64,000 bases of DNA from Chrysomallon squamiferum (lineage: Eukaryota > Animalia > Mollusca). A program made the translations under genes and the position numbers. The notes under the pieces are model-generated. The model did not search any database. It was given only the letters and a program-made list of their open reading frames with translations, and had not been told where the DNA came from. Where the stretch lies: positions 6,696,001 through 6,760,000 of the forward strand of contig CM022668.1 of the NCBI GenBank assembly GCA_012295275.1. Reading direction: 5' to 3'. This document shows positions 23,499-43,621 of this stretch, in pieces. Numbering within the stretch: position 1 is the first letter of the stretch; each line of letters opens with the position of its first letter.

Positions 23499-23809
23499 CA
23501 ATATCATTATTATTATTAATGTAAATTACATGATATTCTTGCAGCAGAAAACAGAAAGGAGGTAAGAAAATGAATTTAAATAAAAGCAAAGCCACTAAAC
23601 CTATCACAAAAGTTGAAGATAATCCGGCATACGAGGAGTGGTCGATTGCCCTAGATGCTGAAGAGCCTGAAGAATACTCAGTAAAACAACGGAAAGGATC
23701 GGTTAAAGAAGGGTCAATACAGGAAGGCTCAGTTAAAAGGGGATCAGTGGCGGAAGAGTCACTTAAAAGGGGATCAATTAAGAGCGGGTCAATTGACACA
23801 TTCAGTTGA
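16151..23809 (+). CDS. Gene B: type-I membrane protein, signal peptide - 5 x TSR - TM - NPAY/Ser-repeat tail (449 aa)
   Basis: Exons 16151-16196 ([19 protein letters not shown]); 17340-17507, 18180-18371, 19539-19736, 21083-21271, 22078-22272 (TSRs, all phase 1-1); 22686-22782 ([24 protein letters not shown]); 23545-23809 (RKQKGGKK...EDNPAYEEW...[18 protein letters not shown]...*). Total 1350 nt, open, GT-AG throughout. An upstream start in an earlier exon is not excluded. Confidence 0.85.
16492..17023 (-). mobile_element. Internally deleted Tc1/mariner-superfamily DNA transposon in intron 1 of gene B
   Basis: TIRs CAGGGTGTCCCAAAA...TTTTGGGACACCCTG flanked by TA. Residual transposase C-terminus [30 protein letters not shown] (ORF 16621-16839), matching the WPxxSPDLNPxDFFLWG motif. 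Confidence 0.9.
18810..19515. repeat. About 700-bp almost pure A/T tract of TAAAA/TAAAT pentamers (intron 3 of gene B)
   Basis: Directly visible low-complexity array. Confidence 0.9.
19737..20575 (+). repeat. 35-bp minisatellite, 24 copies (GTGATACTTCAGTTTGTGCTACCTCTCCCACGTGC)
   Basis: Units start at 19737, 19772 ... 20541, with one 34-bp unit at 20262. There are no spacers. The array begins at the first base of gene B intron 4. Confidence 0.97.
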
Positions 23810-24399
23810 AGAGGGGTCAAATAAATAGTGTTCAGCTGAAGCAGAAGATTAACACGAATTTTGACAACTTCGGAATTAAAACGAATTTTGATTTTTGACA
23901 ACTTCGAAAAAAACAAAAACGAATTTTGACAACTATGGAATTAAAACGAATTTTGACAGTTTGTTCATATTTTCTATTCATTAATTTTTATGTAGATGTG
24001 ACAAGTGTTATCTCAGTTTGACAGTTTACTGAGAATGTCGTGATGTAGTAAAGTTTTAACAAAATAAAATCACAATTTGGTTTAATTTTAATAGTGAAAC
24101 GTAATTAGAAAATGTATTTATTTATTATCTATAATAACATTTTTCACTTAGTTTTACGAAATGCACAGTAACTCGATAATACATTCATATATTGTTATAA
24201 GATACTTGTTAATTTACTTTTGATAACGAAAAGTAGTTAAAAATGTATTTATTTATAATATCCAAAATTTAGTTTTAATAATGAACAACATAGTTTCACA
24301 ATTTGCTATGTATATTAGAAAGGTTATTCAGTCCATTCTAATAGTTAACAATAGTTTGACAATTTTTTATCTGTTGTTATGTAGGTTTTAAGAATGTTG

Positions 24400-25560
24400 C
24401 TGGTTCAATTTAATAGTGACAAATGGTTAAAGAATTTATTTATTTATAATGATGTTATTTTTAATAACAAACAGAAACAGTTCAACAATTTGCTATGTGT
24501 ATTATGAGATAGTTATTCATTCAACTAACAGTTTGGTAATTTATTTATTATGTATAAAATTATTTGTTTGTTTAATTTTTACCAAAATAACAATGGTAGT
24601 TTTACAATTTATTTATTATGTTTAGGATATTTGTTTGTTTAATTTTTACCAAAATAACAATAGTATTTGATAATGTATTTGTCATTTATAATATTATGTA
24701 TAAGATACTTGTTTGTTTAATGTTTGCAAAATTAACAATAGCAGTTTGACAATTTATTTATTATGTATAATATTATGTATAAGATACTTGTTTGTTTAAT
24801 CTTTTTTCAAAATTAACACTAATAGTTTGAAAATGTATTTGTTATTTATGTTTAATGTTTAGAAAATTAACAATAGCAGTTTGATAATTTATTTATTTTG
24901 TATAAGATTATTTGTTTGTTTAATTTTTACCAAAATAACAATGGTAGTTTTACAATTTATTTATTATGTTATAAGATAGTTGTTTGTTTAATTTTTACTA
25001 AAATAACAATAGTAGTTTTACAATTTATTTATGTATAACATATTTGTTTGTTTAATTTGTTTGCAAAATTAACAATAGTAGTTTGAAAATGTATTTGTTA
25101 TCTATAAGATAGTTGTTTAATGTTTGCAAAATTAACAATAGCAGTTTGACAATTTATTTATTATGTATAACATACTTGTTTGTTTAATCTTTTTATAAAA
25201 TTAACAATACTAGTTTGAAAATGTATTTTTTATTTCTGTTTAATGTTTAGAAAATTAACAATAGCAGTTTGATAATTTATTTTTTATGTATATTATGTAT
25301 AAGATACTTGTTTGTTTAATCTTTTTACAAAATTAACAATACTAGTTTGAAAATGTATTTGTTATTTATAAGATAGTTGCTTAATGTTTAGAAAATTAAC
25401 AATAGCAGTTTGACAGTTTATTATGGGTCAGATAGCTGTTTGTTTAATATTCGAAAAATTAACAATGTCAGTTTGACAATTTATCTATTATATATAACAT
25501 ATTTGTTTAATGTTTACAAAATTAACAATAGAAGTTTGACAATTTATTATATATGAGATA
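24400..25560. repeat. Degenerate ~55-65-bp tandem repeat between the convergent 3' ends of genes B and C
   Basis: Recurrent unit like TTGTTTGTTTAATTTTTACAAAATTAACAATAGCAGTTTGACAATTTATTTATTATGTATAAGATA, roughly 18-20 copies. Confidence 0.8.
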
Positions 25561-25919
25561 TTTGTGTGTTTATATTGTTTACAAATTCGTCTGACAGCTT
25601 ATTTATTTGTACGAGAGAATGGCTAAAAATAAGTAGTTAATAAAAAAATGTACATTTTCTATATCCATCTCTTATTTATTTATTATTATTATTATTATAT
25701 AAACATTTTTCTTGTGTTTTATTTGTTTTCTGCCATGATTCGATTTGGAAAAGAGATAATTCTATGTTATTTTAATAGTGAGAACAGCAGCAACAACAAC
25801 AACAATAACAATGAGAAAGACAGCAAATATAATATAAACAACAATAATAATAACAATAAAAAATAAAATAAAATAAAATAAAATAAAATAAATAAATATT
25901 ATTAATGTTGTTGTTACAG

Positions 25920-25980
<61 letters not shown>

Positions 25981-26215
25981 TTATTATAAATCATTACTAA
26001 TAATTATTTTCAGTTTCGTATCAAGTTGTTACAAAGATAGCCACAGGCAGATTCGTTGTTATGTACGTATCATTATATTCAAAGGAGATTATGAAATAAT
26101 AGTACATATGTCATATTAAAACACAAACACCTTTTATTTAAGTTCATCTCTTTATCTTTCCACTGCAATCACTGCACTGTTTGAAGCGTTGGCTATGAAA
26201 GTGCTTAACAATCGC

Positions 26216-30535
<4,320 letters not shown>

Positions 30536-31198
30536 TTCTTCATTTTGTACATAAGAAATCTTCTCAGATCTAAAAATAGATTGTACAGAAAAATAGTTAA
30601 ATACTTAGTAATGAACAGACAAATATGTACAGATGTATAGTGGTATCTTCCGCATTCAGCAAGTGCCCTCTGGTATGAGAGACATATCGGGAGCCGCTAA
30701 AGACAGGTACCGCTGTATTAAAATACATGCACACACAAACACATAAGGCAAAAAAACACAAAAAAGTTATGGATTTATAAACAGATCAAATATATGATGT
30801 ATAGTCAATAAAAGTGAAATTTCAATAAGAATGTATTATGATATTTCTTATTCCTTTTTCTCATTGTTCTTGTGGATCTTTTAATAAGAAAGAAAGAAAC
30901 AAATATATAAACAGATGCATATATACATCAATAAGTAAATAAATAAATAAACAGATAAAATACCGAAAATACAATTATTTCAATTGATAAATAAATAAAT
31001 AAATAAATAAAACAAAACCCTGCAAACTGCCATCTTTGCCAAGTACATCCAAATATACATGACCTTTGTAGCGAATGTTACACAGAGCACCCAAAATTTG
31101 GGTCTTAATTCCTTCGCCAGCAAAGTTTCTCCTGTTATCTTAATTATTTCTTTAACAAATTATCTAAAATTTATAATGTTTGATCTTTAAATCACCGC

Positions 31199-31246
31199 CT
31201 TTTTATACCGCCAAAAATAACGTCAAACTATTTGTACGTGACGTCA
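31199..31246 (-). promoter_or_regulatory. Putative gene C core promoter: CRE (TGACGTCA) plus TATA box (TATAAAAAG)
   Basis: TGACGTCA at 31239-31246 and TATAAAAAG on the minus strand at 31207-31199, about 0.65 kb upstream of the C signal exon. An inverted copy of this block lies at about 40530-40870. Confidence 0.55.
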
Positions 31247-31339
31247 TTCATACTAATATTATTAGTCTGTGTCAGTGAGTGTTGGAGCGTTTTTTGAAAA
31301 CACGAAAATAATTATAAGAGATATATTGTAAGTAAAAAC

Positions 31340-33440
<2,101 letters not shown>

Positions 33441-33946
33441 AGATATATTCATTTATTTTCTCTTAATCGTGTACATATTTTTTATTACTTATTTTTACAT
33501 TTATATTTTTCTGATTAATTATTTTTGTTCATGAATGACGGAATGAATTAATGAACGAATGAACTAACGAATAAAAGGATGTTCAGTTTTTTAAACTCAT
33601 CAAGACAAATTAATATTAAAGCTTTTACAGGTTTACTGTTGGAGCAAAATAAAATATCTCCTAACTGCGTTTAGGCTACTGATATTTTCTGCATGAACGT
33701 GATCTTTGATATTTACTTTTAGACACAGCAATTGCTGAATATATGAATATATATAATTGTTTTTAATTAGATGACGATAATAGCTCTTTGCTTTTTAGAC
33801 TAAAACCGGAAACTTGTTGTACGTTTTTTATTTTAAAATAAATAAATAAAATTATAACTATTCTTTTTTATATTCATATATGCATAAGTAATTATATATA
33901 ACCGAATATATATTATACACAAGTTAAGAAACAAATTTAAAAAATC

Positions 33947-33985
<39 letters not shown>

Positions 33986-35281
33986 GATGATGGTGATGGT
34001 AATAATTCCAATAGTTGAAGCAGTAGCTGTAGTAGTAGTAATTGTACTACTAGTAGTAGTTATTAAATATGTACAACAATTTTAAAAATAATGTTGAGAT
34101 AACTATAATTCAAAATTTTCAGTTTTTCTTGTACAATGTATTTGCAATTGATTCAATAAAAATTACTGCTTTGAATGTTTTTCCGTTATTATTATTGTTT
34201 CATGTAGATGAACTTGAGATACAACTCAGTAATGTTAGCATGGATAGAGAAATTATCACGATTCTGACTAGGATGAGCCCACTTCATAGTCATCAACGTT
34301 AACTAAATGTTTTTTAAATAGATCTGGTTTCTTAAATAGATCTTATTCTATAGACACTCTTTCTGCAATCTATTATGTCTCAATGAGTCTTATTTCTTTA
34401 ATAGATTCGTTGTTTGAAGATTCCGTATCTTTAATAGTCCTGTTTTCTTTTTAATAGATTATCTGCTTCTGTTTCCTTAATATATTCTCTGTCTTTAATA
34501 GTCGCTGTTTCTTAAATATAATCTCACTTGTTAATATATCCTGTCTTCTTTAACAGATTTTATTTATTTATTAGACCATTTATTTTACAGAGCCTGTTTG
34601 TTTAATATATTTTCTTTAATAGACCATCTTTCTGCAATAGATTCTTTGATAGATCCTCTCTTTAATGGATTTCTCTTTAAAGAACTTATTTCTTTAATAT
34701 ATTTATTTATAAAAGAACCTGTTTCTTTAATAGATTTCTTTCTTTATTAAAATCTGTTTATTTAAGAGATGTCTTTTTCTATAACAGATTCCTTTTCTTT
34801 ATTCAATAAATTCTCTCTTTTTCTTTTTTAATAGTGCCAGTTTCTGTAACAGATTTTCTTTTTTAATAGACCATGTTTCTTTAATATATTCTTTTTAATA
34901 GATTATTTCTTTGACAAATAATATCTTTTTAATAGATTCTGTTTGTTTAATATATCCCCTTTCATTAAGATTCTGTTTCATGAACAAATTCTGTTTCTAT
35001 AATATATTATCTTTCTTTGGTGGACCCCTTTCTATAACAGATACAGGTTCTTTAAAGAACAGATTTCTTTAACAGATTCTGTATGTTCAAAGAACCCATT
35101 TCTCTCGATTCCGTTTCTTTAAAGAACCCATTTCTTTAATAAATTCTGTATTTTTAAAGAAACCATTTGTTTAATAAATTCTGTTTGCTTAAAGATATAA
35201 TTTCTTTAATAGATTGTGTATCTTTAATAAACCTTGTTTCTTTAATACATTATCTTTCCTCACCCTGTTTCTTTAACACAT

Positions 35282-35486
35282 TTAAATAATCCTCTTTCTT
35301 ATTTGATTAAAAAGCTGGATTATCACGTCCTGCTTTGATGATGCAAAAGCTTTTCCTTGTTTCCTTCAGAACACAAGAATATATTCGTTAACAGAGAGAC
35401 ACTTATGCAAATATATAAAAGTATGCAGTAATATAGAAAAAGATTTAAAGAAAAAGTTTTTAAAACGTTCTTATTATTCTTGTAAC

Positions 35487-35520
<34 letters not shown>

Positions 35521-36320
35521 GTTGTTGTTGTTGTTGTTGTTGTTGTTATAACCTCTGTTTTATAATGTAATACGAAACTCCAGCCCCGATCAGCAGCAAC
35601 AAAACCACTGTTATTGGAACTACGACTTCAAGGCTGCTTTCTTAAAAGAACAAAAGTTGAAAATAAAAAGAAAGATACAATAATTTGTTTTTATAGTTGA
35701 CAGTTGCGATATGAAAAAAAATCTACTTGCGAAAATACTAAATACTAGCTGATGATTACGATGATGTTGATGATTATAAGAACAGCAAGAGAACAGTTGT
35801 AGTAATCTGAAGAATGATGATATATAACACAAATACTTCTCCTGCTACTACTGTGTTGTTGTAACTGATAATTTCATTGGTTATTTTAGATTACTTTGCT
35901 GGTAATTATCGATAACAAACCACTTCTGGCTTTCCTTTTTCCGATAAACAATAACCAGGAAAGTAAGGACAAACAACAACAAACAACATATTACTACTAA
36001 CAAAAATAACTATAGCAGAAATACCCGCAGCAGCAGCAACAAAAACAACAATAACAGTAATAAGAATAACAACATCAACAATAACAGCAACTACAATAAT
36101 GATAATGACCATGGCTACTGGAAAAACCTGTACATGATCCCATGTGACATATTTCTGTTCTGTTCTTCATTTCTGTGCCTGTGCATTCTTCCACTCCGTC
36201 CTCCGCGACAGGTTGATCACACAGCCGTCTCTCTGTTATAACATTGATGCCTTCTCCACAAGTGACTGTACACCTTGACGACTGTCTTTCCCAACTACCC
36301 CATGCACCACCAGAAACTAA

Positions 36321-36371
<51 letters not shown>

Positions 36372-36376
36372 ACAAA

Positions 36377-36435
<59 letters not shown>

Positions 36436-36952
36436 ATATTATTACTATTTAATAATAAACATAGAAATAAAATATTTAAATAATTAAGTAAGATACGACT
36501 TTAGCGAAGCGGAAAGGGAATTATCACTTGACATACTTGATTTAACTTACGAGATGATATAAAAATAAAATGAATAAATAAAATATCAGGTGTCCCTAGA
36601 CATAAATTGGCATAAAAAGATTCATTTATCCAACTCATGTTCTTCTGGCATCCTCCACATCCTGGAACATATACAGTGCTGGTACTTTATCGATAATAAG
36701 AAAGAAAACACACAGACGTAAAGTTCATGGCTTATTCTTTCCATTAGAAACAAGAGGTGTTTTATATACAGCATCCCTCAGACAGGATAGTACATTCCAC
36801 GTCTACACCAGTTGCTGAACACTTGAGAAATCGATTTTTGAGTTCATCGAGGACATTGTATCTCTGAGCTATGGCTCGTCCTTTTACTGCTATTACTATT
36901 ATTACTACTACTACTACTACTACTAATATATTAACAACAACAACGACGGTCA

Positions 36953-36983
<31 letters not shown>

Positions 36984-38197
36984 AAGAAATTATTAGTAGT
37001 AGTAGTAGTAGTTCTAGTATTACGCAGATGATAATGATGAGAAGAAGAACAAGAAGAAGGAAAAGAAAAATCATAATGATGATGATCGTGATGATGATAC
37101 ATGCACACGTGCCCATCTCACATATCTCTGTTCTGTTCTTCACTTCTGTGCCACGACAAGTTCTCAGTCTCTTCTCCGGCACGGGTCGGCTACACAGCCT
37201 TTTCTCCGTTATAAAAGAGGTGCCTCTTCCACATCAGACAGTGCACAAACTCGACAGAGTTTCCCAGCTATTCCATTCACCAGAAACTAAATAAATAAGT
37301 AAATAAAATACTAAGAGATATAAATATAATATATCCAGATACTAAACTGTTATGTAGGTACTGTACTCGTATATTTCTAAACACTGTTTTTGTATATCTC
37401 TAAACATTGTTCTTGTATATTTCTAGACACTGTTCTTGTATATCTCAAGAAATTGTTCAATTAAATAATGAAACGCTGGACAATAATAATTGAATATTAG
37501 TTAAGTAACTAATGAAAGTCAGGACAAACGATACGATGACAATTTAGTGTTAGTTAAATAACGAAAGAAAGAAGGAAAAATGATAAATTAACAATTTAAT
37601 AATGATGCAATAATATTATGTGCATTAAATAATACATTAAATTCTGGACAAATGTTACGACAAAAAAATTATTTAATTAATAATTTACTGTTAATTAACA
37701 GGACAAATGATACAATAACAGTATCATGGTAATTAAATGATGAACAAATACAATGACAAAAAAAAAAAAAAAAAAGACTAAAAAAACAACAAAAAAGAAC
37801 AACAGGAAAGAGTTTCGTGTTGGTTAAATAATCAGTGAAAACTAGGACAAGATAATACAAGAACCAATTGAGAGTGAATGAGAGCCAGGACTAATGATAC
37901 ATTAACAATTAAGAGATGACGTAAACTGCTGACGATTGACGGTTGATTTGATAATAAATTACGTACTTGGACAAGGCGGTAAATCACATGGGAGACCTGC
38001 CTCCACCGTTGTGTCGTCACCAGGGCAGGGCAACCCGCCCTCGTCGGGTGCTGGATTGTCGCAACTTCTGAGGTAAAATCTGGCGTGTGCATCCTTACCG
38101 CAGGTCATCGCACACTTCGTTGAACCGATTTTCACCCAGTCACCCCAATTAACATTTACTGAACAATGACAGAAAACAAAAAAAAAACTGTAAAAAT

Positions 38198-38295
<98 letters not shown>

Positions 38296-39729
38296 AATGA
38301 TTCAGAATGACTACTGAATCTATGATCTAATTCACATTTTTTACAGGTACACTAATTTTATATGATACTTACATTAGGATGATACTTAATTATTATTATT
38401 ATTCTTATTCATTACTGCTTCATATGGTACATGTCGTAAATGTAATAAGCTTGTTCTGCATAGCCACGTTGACTACACGCACATCTCGCTTATGTTTTTC
38501 CATGGTTTCATTCTTTAATTCAATGGACATCATCCGCTTCTTCTTCTCAGCATGTCCTTTGCAATCACTTTCTTAGGATCAATGGAAATTTGGCAAAAGA
38601 ACTGTATAAAACGTGATCACAACAGAACAAAGATGCTTCCAGTGAAGCAAACGAGAAAGGAGGGGAATGTTGGGCGGATGATGTGTTTTTCGTTGCGCCA
38701 AGTAACGGCAGCGTATTTGAAGCTCGCTCGTAACTCGGATTTTGGCTCGCAACGCAAATGAAAAAATTGACAGGGCGCCTGCTAGTAACTCGAAAAACTC
38801 GTAATTTATAGCACTCGTAACTCGAGGTAGTACTGTATATAAAATATAAGAACTTTCTAAAAGTTTACATTTATGCACACACACACACCTACCTACACGC
38901 ACACAGACACGTCTCATTATTATTATTTTGTATTGCTTCTTAATCACTTACGTAACAAACTGAATACAATCCATCAGTTTGATAAGATTCTGTGTTCAGT
39001 TTATTACACGACTTGTTATTAGTTGTTGCCTTTTTATACATATTTTCTAGATTTCATTTATTTATTCATTCATTCATTCATTTATTTTCTCTTCATCGTG
39101 TACATATTTTTTATTACTTATTTTAACATTTATAGTTTTCTGATGAATTATTTTTGTTCATGAATGACGGAATGAATTAATGAACGAATGAACCAACGAA
39201 TAAAAGGATGTTCAGGTTTTTTAACACATAAAGACAAATTAATATTAAAGCTTTTACAGGTTTAATGTTGGAGCAAAATAAAATTTCTGCTAACTGCGTT
39301 TAGGCTACTGATATTTCCTGCATGAACGTGACCTTTGATATTTATTTTTAGACACTGCACAGCAACACAGAGAACCTATACATTTCGTTTATTATTATTA
39401 TTATTATTATTATTACTGTTGTTGTTATTATTGTTGTTTTTGTTATTGTTAGTAGTAGTAGTAGCAGTAGTAATAATAATAGTAGTGTAGTTGTTGTTGT
39501 TGTTGCTGTTGTTACTTTCTTAACAATAATATTTGATTACGAAAGAGAACGTCTATGTTTATTTATTTATCTATTTGTTTATTTATTTATTTACTGTTTG
39601 TGTGTTTGTTTGTTTATTAACAGTAATAGCAAGAAAGTTAACTATAATAATAGTACCTCCATATCTTGTCCGAAATTCACTAAAAATGAGTAGCAGCAAA
39701 AATGAAATGATTTCTTTGGATACAACCAT
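35282..39729 (-). pseudogene. Gene D: GON-less family-1 paralog (SP - 3 x TSR - TM - tail), disabled
   Basis: Exons 39729-39657 (MVVSKEIISFLLLLIFSEFRTRYG); 38158-37967 (intact TSR); 37286-37101 (in-frame TCA>TGA in CTV*CG); 36316-36128 (intact TSR); 35640-35553 (TM VVVPITVVLLLLIGAGVSYYII); tail from 35363 with a frameshifting deletion that puts DNPAF out of frame. No GON exons lie between SP and TSR1. Confidence 0.75.
38415..38835 (-). mobile_element. Truncated Tigger/pogo element (5' part) in intron 1 of gene D
   Basis: TA + CAGTACTACCTCGAGTTACGA terminus; homologous to 47238-47877; ends at the GON-deletion junction. Confidence 0.8.
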
Positions 39730-39780
39730 GTTTATCTGAAAATAAATGCATATAGGCATTGTATTTATATATGTATGTAT

Positions 39781-39836
<56 letters not shown>

Positions 39837-39902
39837 GCATTTATATACATACTTTTATGTCTAGACTTTATATTCTATATTTCATTAATACTACTACTAC
39901 TG

Positions 39903-39950
<48 letters not shown>

Positions 39951-40881
39951 GTACTACTACTAATAATAATAATAATAATAGGAATAATAAATAAATAAAT
40001 AAATAAAGTCAAAAAGATAGAAAAATAAAATAATAATTTGTCGTAAATACCTTAAATATAACTGTATGGAAAAAGAATATACTTACGTTTTACAATTTAA
40101 AAATCAGTTTTAAATTATTAGTCAAACAGTCTGATCAAAATAATAATATTTCCAAATTTATACTACAGATTACTATTTTTCAACTTGAATCACTTCATTT
40201 AAGTTTCTGAAATAATAGACCATCCATTAAAAATGGCGGATGATCTTCTTGTTTTTTCCCTTTTTTTTGTTACGTCATGACGGGATCGTAAATTTTCATT
40301 TTCGTAATTAGCATATTTAGGTTAGATTGAGGTGCCGTAGTGTAGGAACTTAATAGAAATGTGTTCTTAATTTAAAACAATACTTTGAATAAAGTGAGCT
40401 TGCAATGAAATCGAATTCTGAACATAAGAAAATCCGGAGATTTCTATTCAATTCATCAAATAATATTAGCATTATTATTAGTAGTAATAATAATAATTAA
40501 TTTATTTATATATTGATTGTTCTTCTTGTTGTTGTTATTTTAGTTTTTACTTACAATATATCTCTTATAATTATTTTCGTGTTTTCAAAAAACGCTCCAA
40601 CACTCTCTGACACAGACTAATATTATTAGTTTGAATGACGTCACGTACATATACTGTTTGACGTTATTTTTGGCGGTATAAAAAGGCGGTGATTTAAAAA
40701 TCAAACATTATAAATTTTAGATAATTTGTTGAAGAAATAATTAAGATAACAGGAGAAACTTTGCTGGCGAAGGAATGAAGACCCAAATTTTGGGTGCTCT
40801 GTGTAACATTCGCTACAAAGGTCATGTATATTTGGATGTACTTGGCAAAGATGGCAGTTTCCAGGGTTTTGTAATTATCTT

Positions 40882-40922
<41 letters not shown>

Positions 40923-42077
40923 GATGATGATGATGGTAATAATTCCAATAGTAGTAGCAGTAATAGTAGTAAGAGTAGTAGTAGTATACATTTTTTAAAA
41001 ATAATATTGACATAACTATAATTCAAAATTGTTAGTTTTTACTTGTACAATGTATTTGTAATTGATTCGATAAAAATTACTGCTTTGAACGTTTTTTACT
41101 TAATTTTATTATTTCATTTAGACAAACTGAGATATTACACTCTAATGTTAGCATGGTTGAGAAATTATCACGATGCTGACAAAGCAAAATTATCTTCTAT
41201 ACAATTTTGAAAATATGATTTGACTATTCATAGTCCACTTCATAATTATCATCGATAACTGAAGTTTTCTTAAATAGATCCTGTTTTTTAAATAGAATTT
41301 CTTGAATGGACATTCTTTATTGCAATCTATTATTTTTTTAATCAATCTTAGTTTAATAAATTCTTTGTTTGAAGATTCCGTTTCGTTAATAGTTCTGTTT
41401 TCTTTTTAATAGAGTGTCTATTTAATAGATCATCAGCTGTTTCTTTAATATTCGCTCTTTCTTTAATATTCGCTGTTTCTTAAGTAGAATCTCGTTTGTT
41501 AATATATACTGTTTCTTTAACATATTTTATTTATTTATTAGACCGTTTATTTTGTAGATCCTGTTTCTTTAATAGACAATCTTTCTGCAATAGATCCTTT
41601 GATAAGATTCTCATTTTAATCGATTTTCTCTCTAAAGAACCTATTTCTTTAATATATTATTTTCTAAAGAACCTGGTTCTTTTATTTAGTACATTCTGTT
41701 TATTTAATAAATTCTCTCTTTTTCTTTCTTAATAGTGCCAGTGTCTCTAAAGTTTTTCTTTTTTAATGGACCCTGCTTTAATATATTCTTTTTAATACAT
41801 TATTTCTTTAATAAATTAATATTCTGTTTCTTTAATAAAGTATCTTTATTTCGTGAACCCCCTTTCTATAACAGATTCCTCTTCTTTAAAGAACAGATTT
41901 CTTTAACAGATTCTCTATGTTCAAAGAACCCATTTCTCTAGATTCCGTTTCTTTAAAGAAGAAATTTCTTTATTATATTCAGTTTCTTTAAAGAAATCAT
42001 TTCTTTAATAGATTATCTTTCTTGACCGTGTTTCTTTAACAGATTTCTTTTCTTAAATAATCCTCTTTCTTATTTGA

Positions 42078-42323
42078 TTAAAAAGCTGGATTATCTCGAC
42101 CTTGTTTCTCTGTTCTCGCCTTGTCAGACTCTACTTCTAGAATCTTTGATGATGCAAAATCTTTTCGTTGTTTCCATCAGAGCAAAAGAATATATTCATT
42201 AACAGAGAGACACTTATGCAAACATAAAAAAGTATGCAGAAATACAGGAAAAGATATAAAGAACATTTTTAAAAAGTTCTTATTATTCTTGCAGCAGTTA
42301 TTATTATTATTATTATTATTATT

Positions 42324-42355
<32 letters not shown>

Positions 42356-42963
42356 TACCTCTGTTTTATAATGTAATACGTAACTCCAGCCCCGATCAGC
42401 AGCAACAACACCACTGTTATTAGAACTACGACTCCATTGCTGCTTTCTTAAAAGAACAAAAGTTGAAAAGAAAAAGAAAGAAACAATATTTACATAGTTG
42501 ACACTAGCAACATGAAAACAAAAAACTTGCGAAAATACTAAATTGTAGCTGATGATTATAACAAGAGTAAGAAAACGGGTGTAGTAATCAAGAGAATGAT
42601 GAAATATAACACAATTACTTCTGCTGCTACTACTGTGTTGGTGTAAGTGATAATTTCATTGGTTATTTTAGATTACTTTGCTGGTAAAACACCTCAAAAC
42701 AAACAACAGACAGAAAAACAAAAGAGATAAGATGATAAAGATAACAGGAAGAAGGAAAATAATAATGGTGATGGTGCTGAAGATGATAACGATACCTGTT
42801 CATTTGCCCATCTGACCTAGTTTTATTCTTCATTTCTGTGCCAGTCTCTTCTCCGGCACGGGTCGGCTACACAGCCTTTTCTCCGTTATAAAAGAGGTGC
42901 CTCTTCCACATGAGACAGTGCACACACTCGATATAGTTTCCCAGCTATTCCGTTCACCAGAAA
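42078..42963 (-). pseudogene. Fragment E: 3' end of a family-1 paralog (broken TSR, TM, tail)
   Basis: TSR exon 42963-42796 with W>R and a frameshifting deletion; TM exon 42446-42359; tail exon ...KQGRDNPAF* with its acceptor AG mutated to TG. Nothing upstream of it (inversion junction near 43100). Confidence 0.75.
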
Positions 42964-43585
42964 CTAAATAAGTAAATAAGTAAATAAAATACTAAAAGAT
43001 ATAAATATAATATATCCAGATACTATGCTGTTATGCAGACGCTGTACTTGTATATTTCTAGACACAGTTTTTGTGTATCTGTAGACATTTTTCTCATATA
43101 ACTGAAATTATTACCATCATCAATAATAATAATAATAATAATAATAATGAAGATAAACATGTGTGCTACTCAGAATCTAGTAATATGTCTAATTTTTTTT
43201 TTTTTTTAATTATCTATGTCCATTTTTTTTTTTTTTCTTAACTTGTGTATAATATATATTCTTGGTTTATATATAATTATTTATGCATATAGCAGGACGT
43301 GAAAAAAAGTTATTATTTCAAATTGATTTATTTATTTTAAAACAGGGGGTGAGGAAAAAAATGTACAACAAGTTTGCGGTTTTTAGTCTAAAAAGCAAAA
43401 AGATATTATCGCAAACAGAATTTAATTAAACAAATGGTTTCTTAAAAAAAAAATATATATATATATATATATATTGATATTAGTATCACAGACAGTCAGC
43501 AGTTGCTGTGGACAATAAAGTTATGAGCTTTTGTAAGTTAAAATCAATAAAATTTCTTTGTTCTGTTCCATGTTTTCTTCTTTCC

Positions 43586-43621
<36 letters not shown>

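Noticed and set aside
23419-23916. 165-aa minus-strand ORF with DPLL repeats
   Set aside because: Antisense shadow of the gene B tail exon, running into microsatellite.
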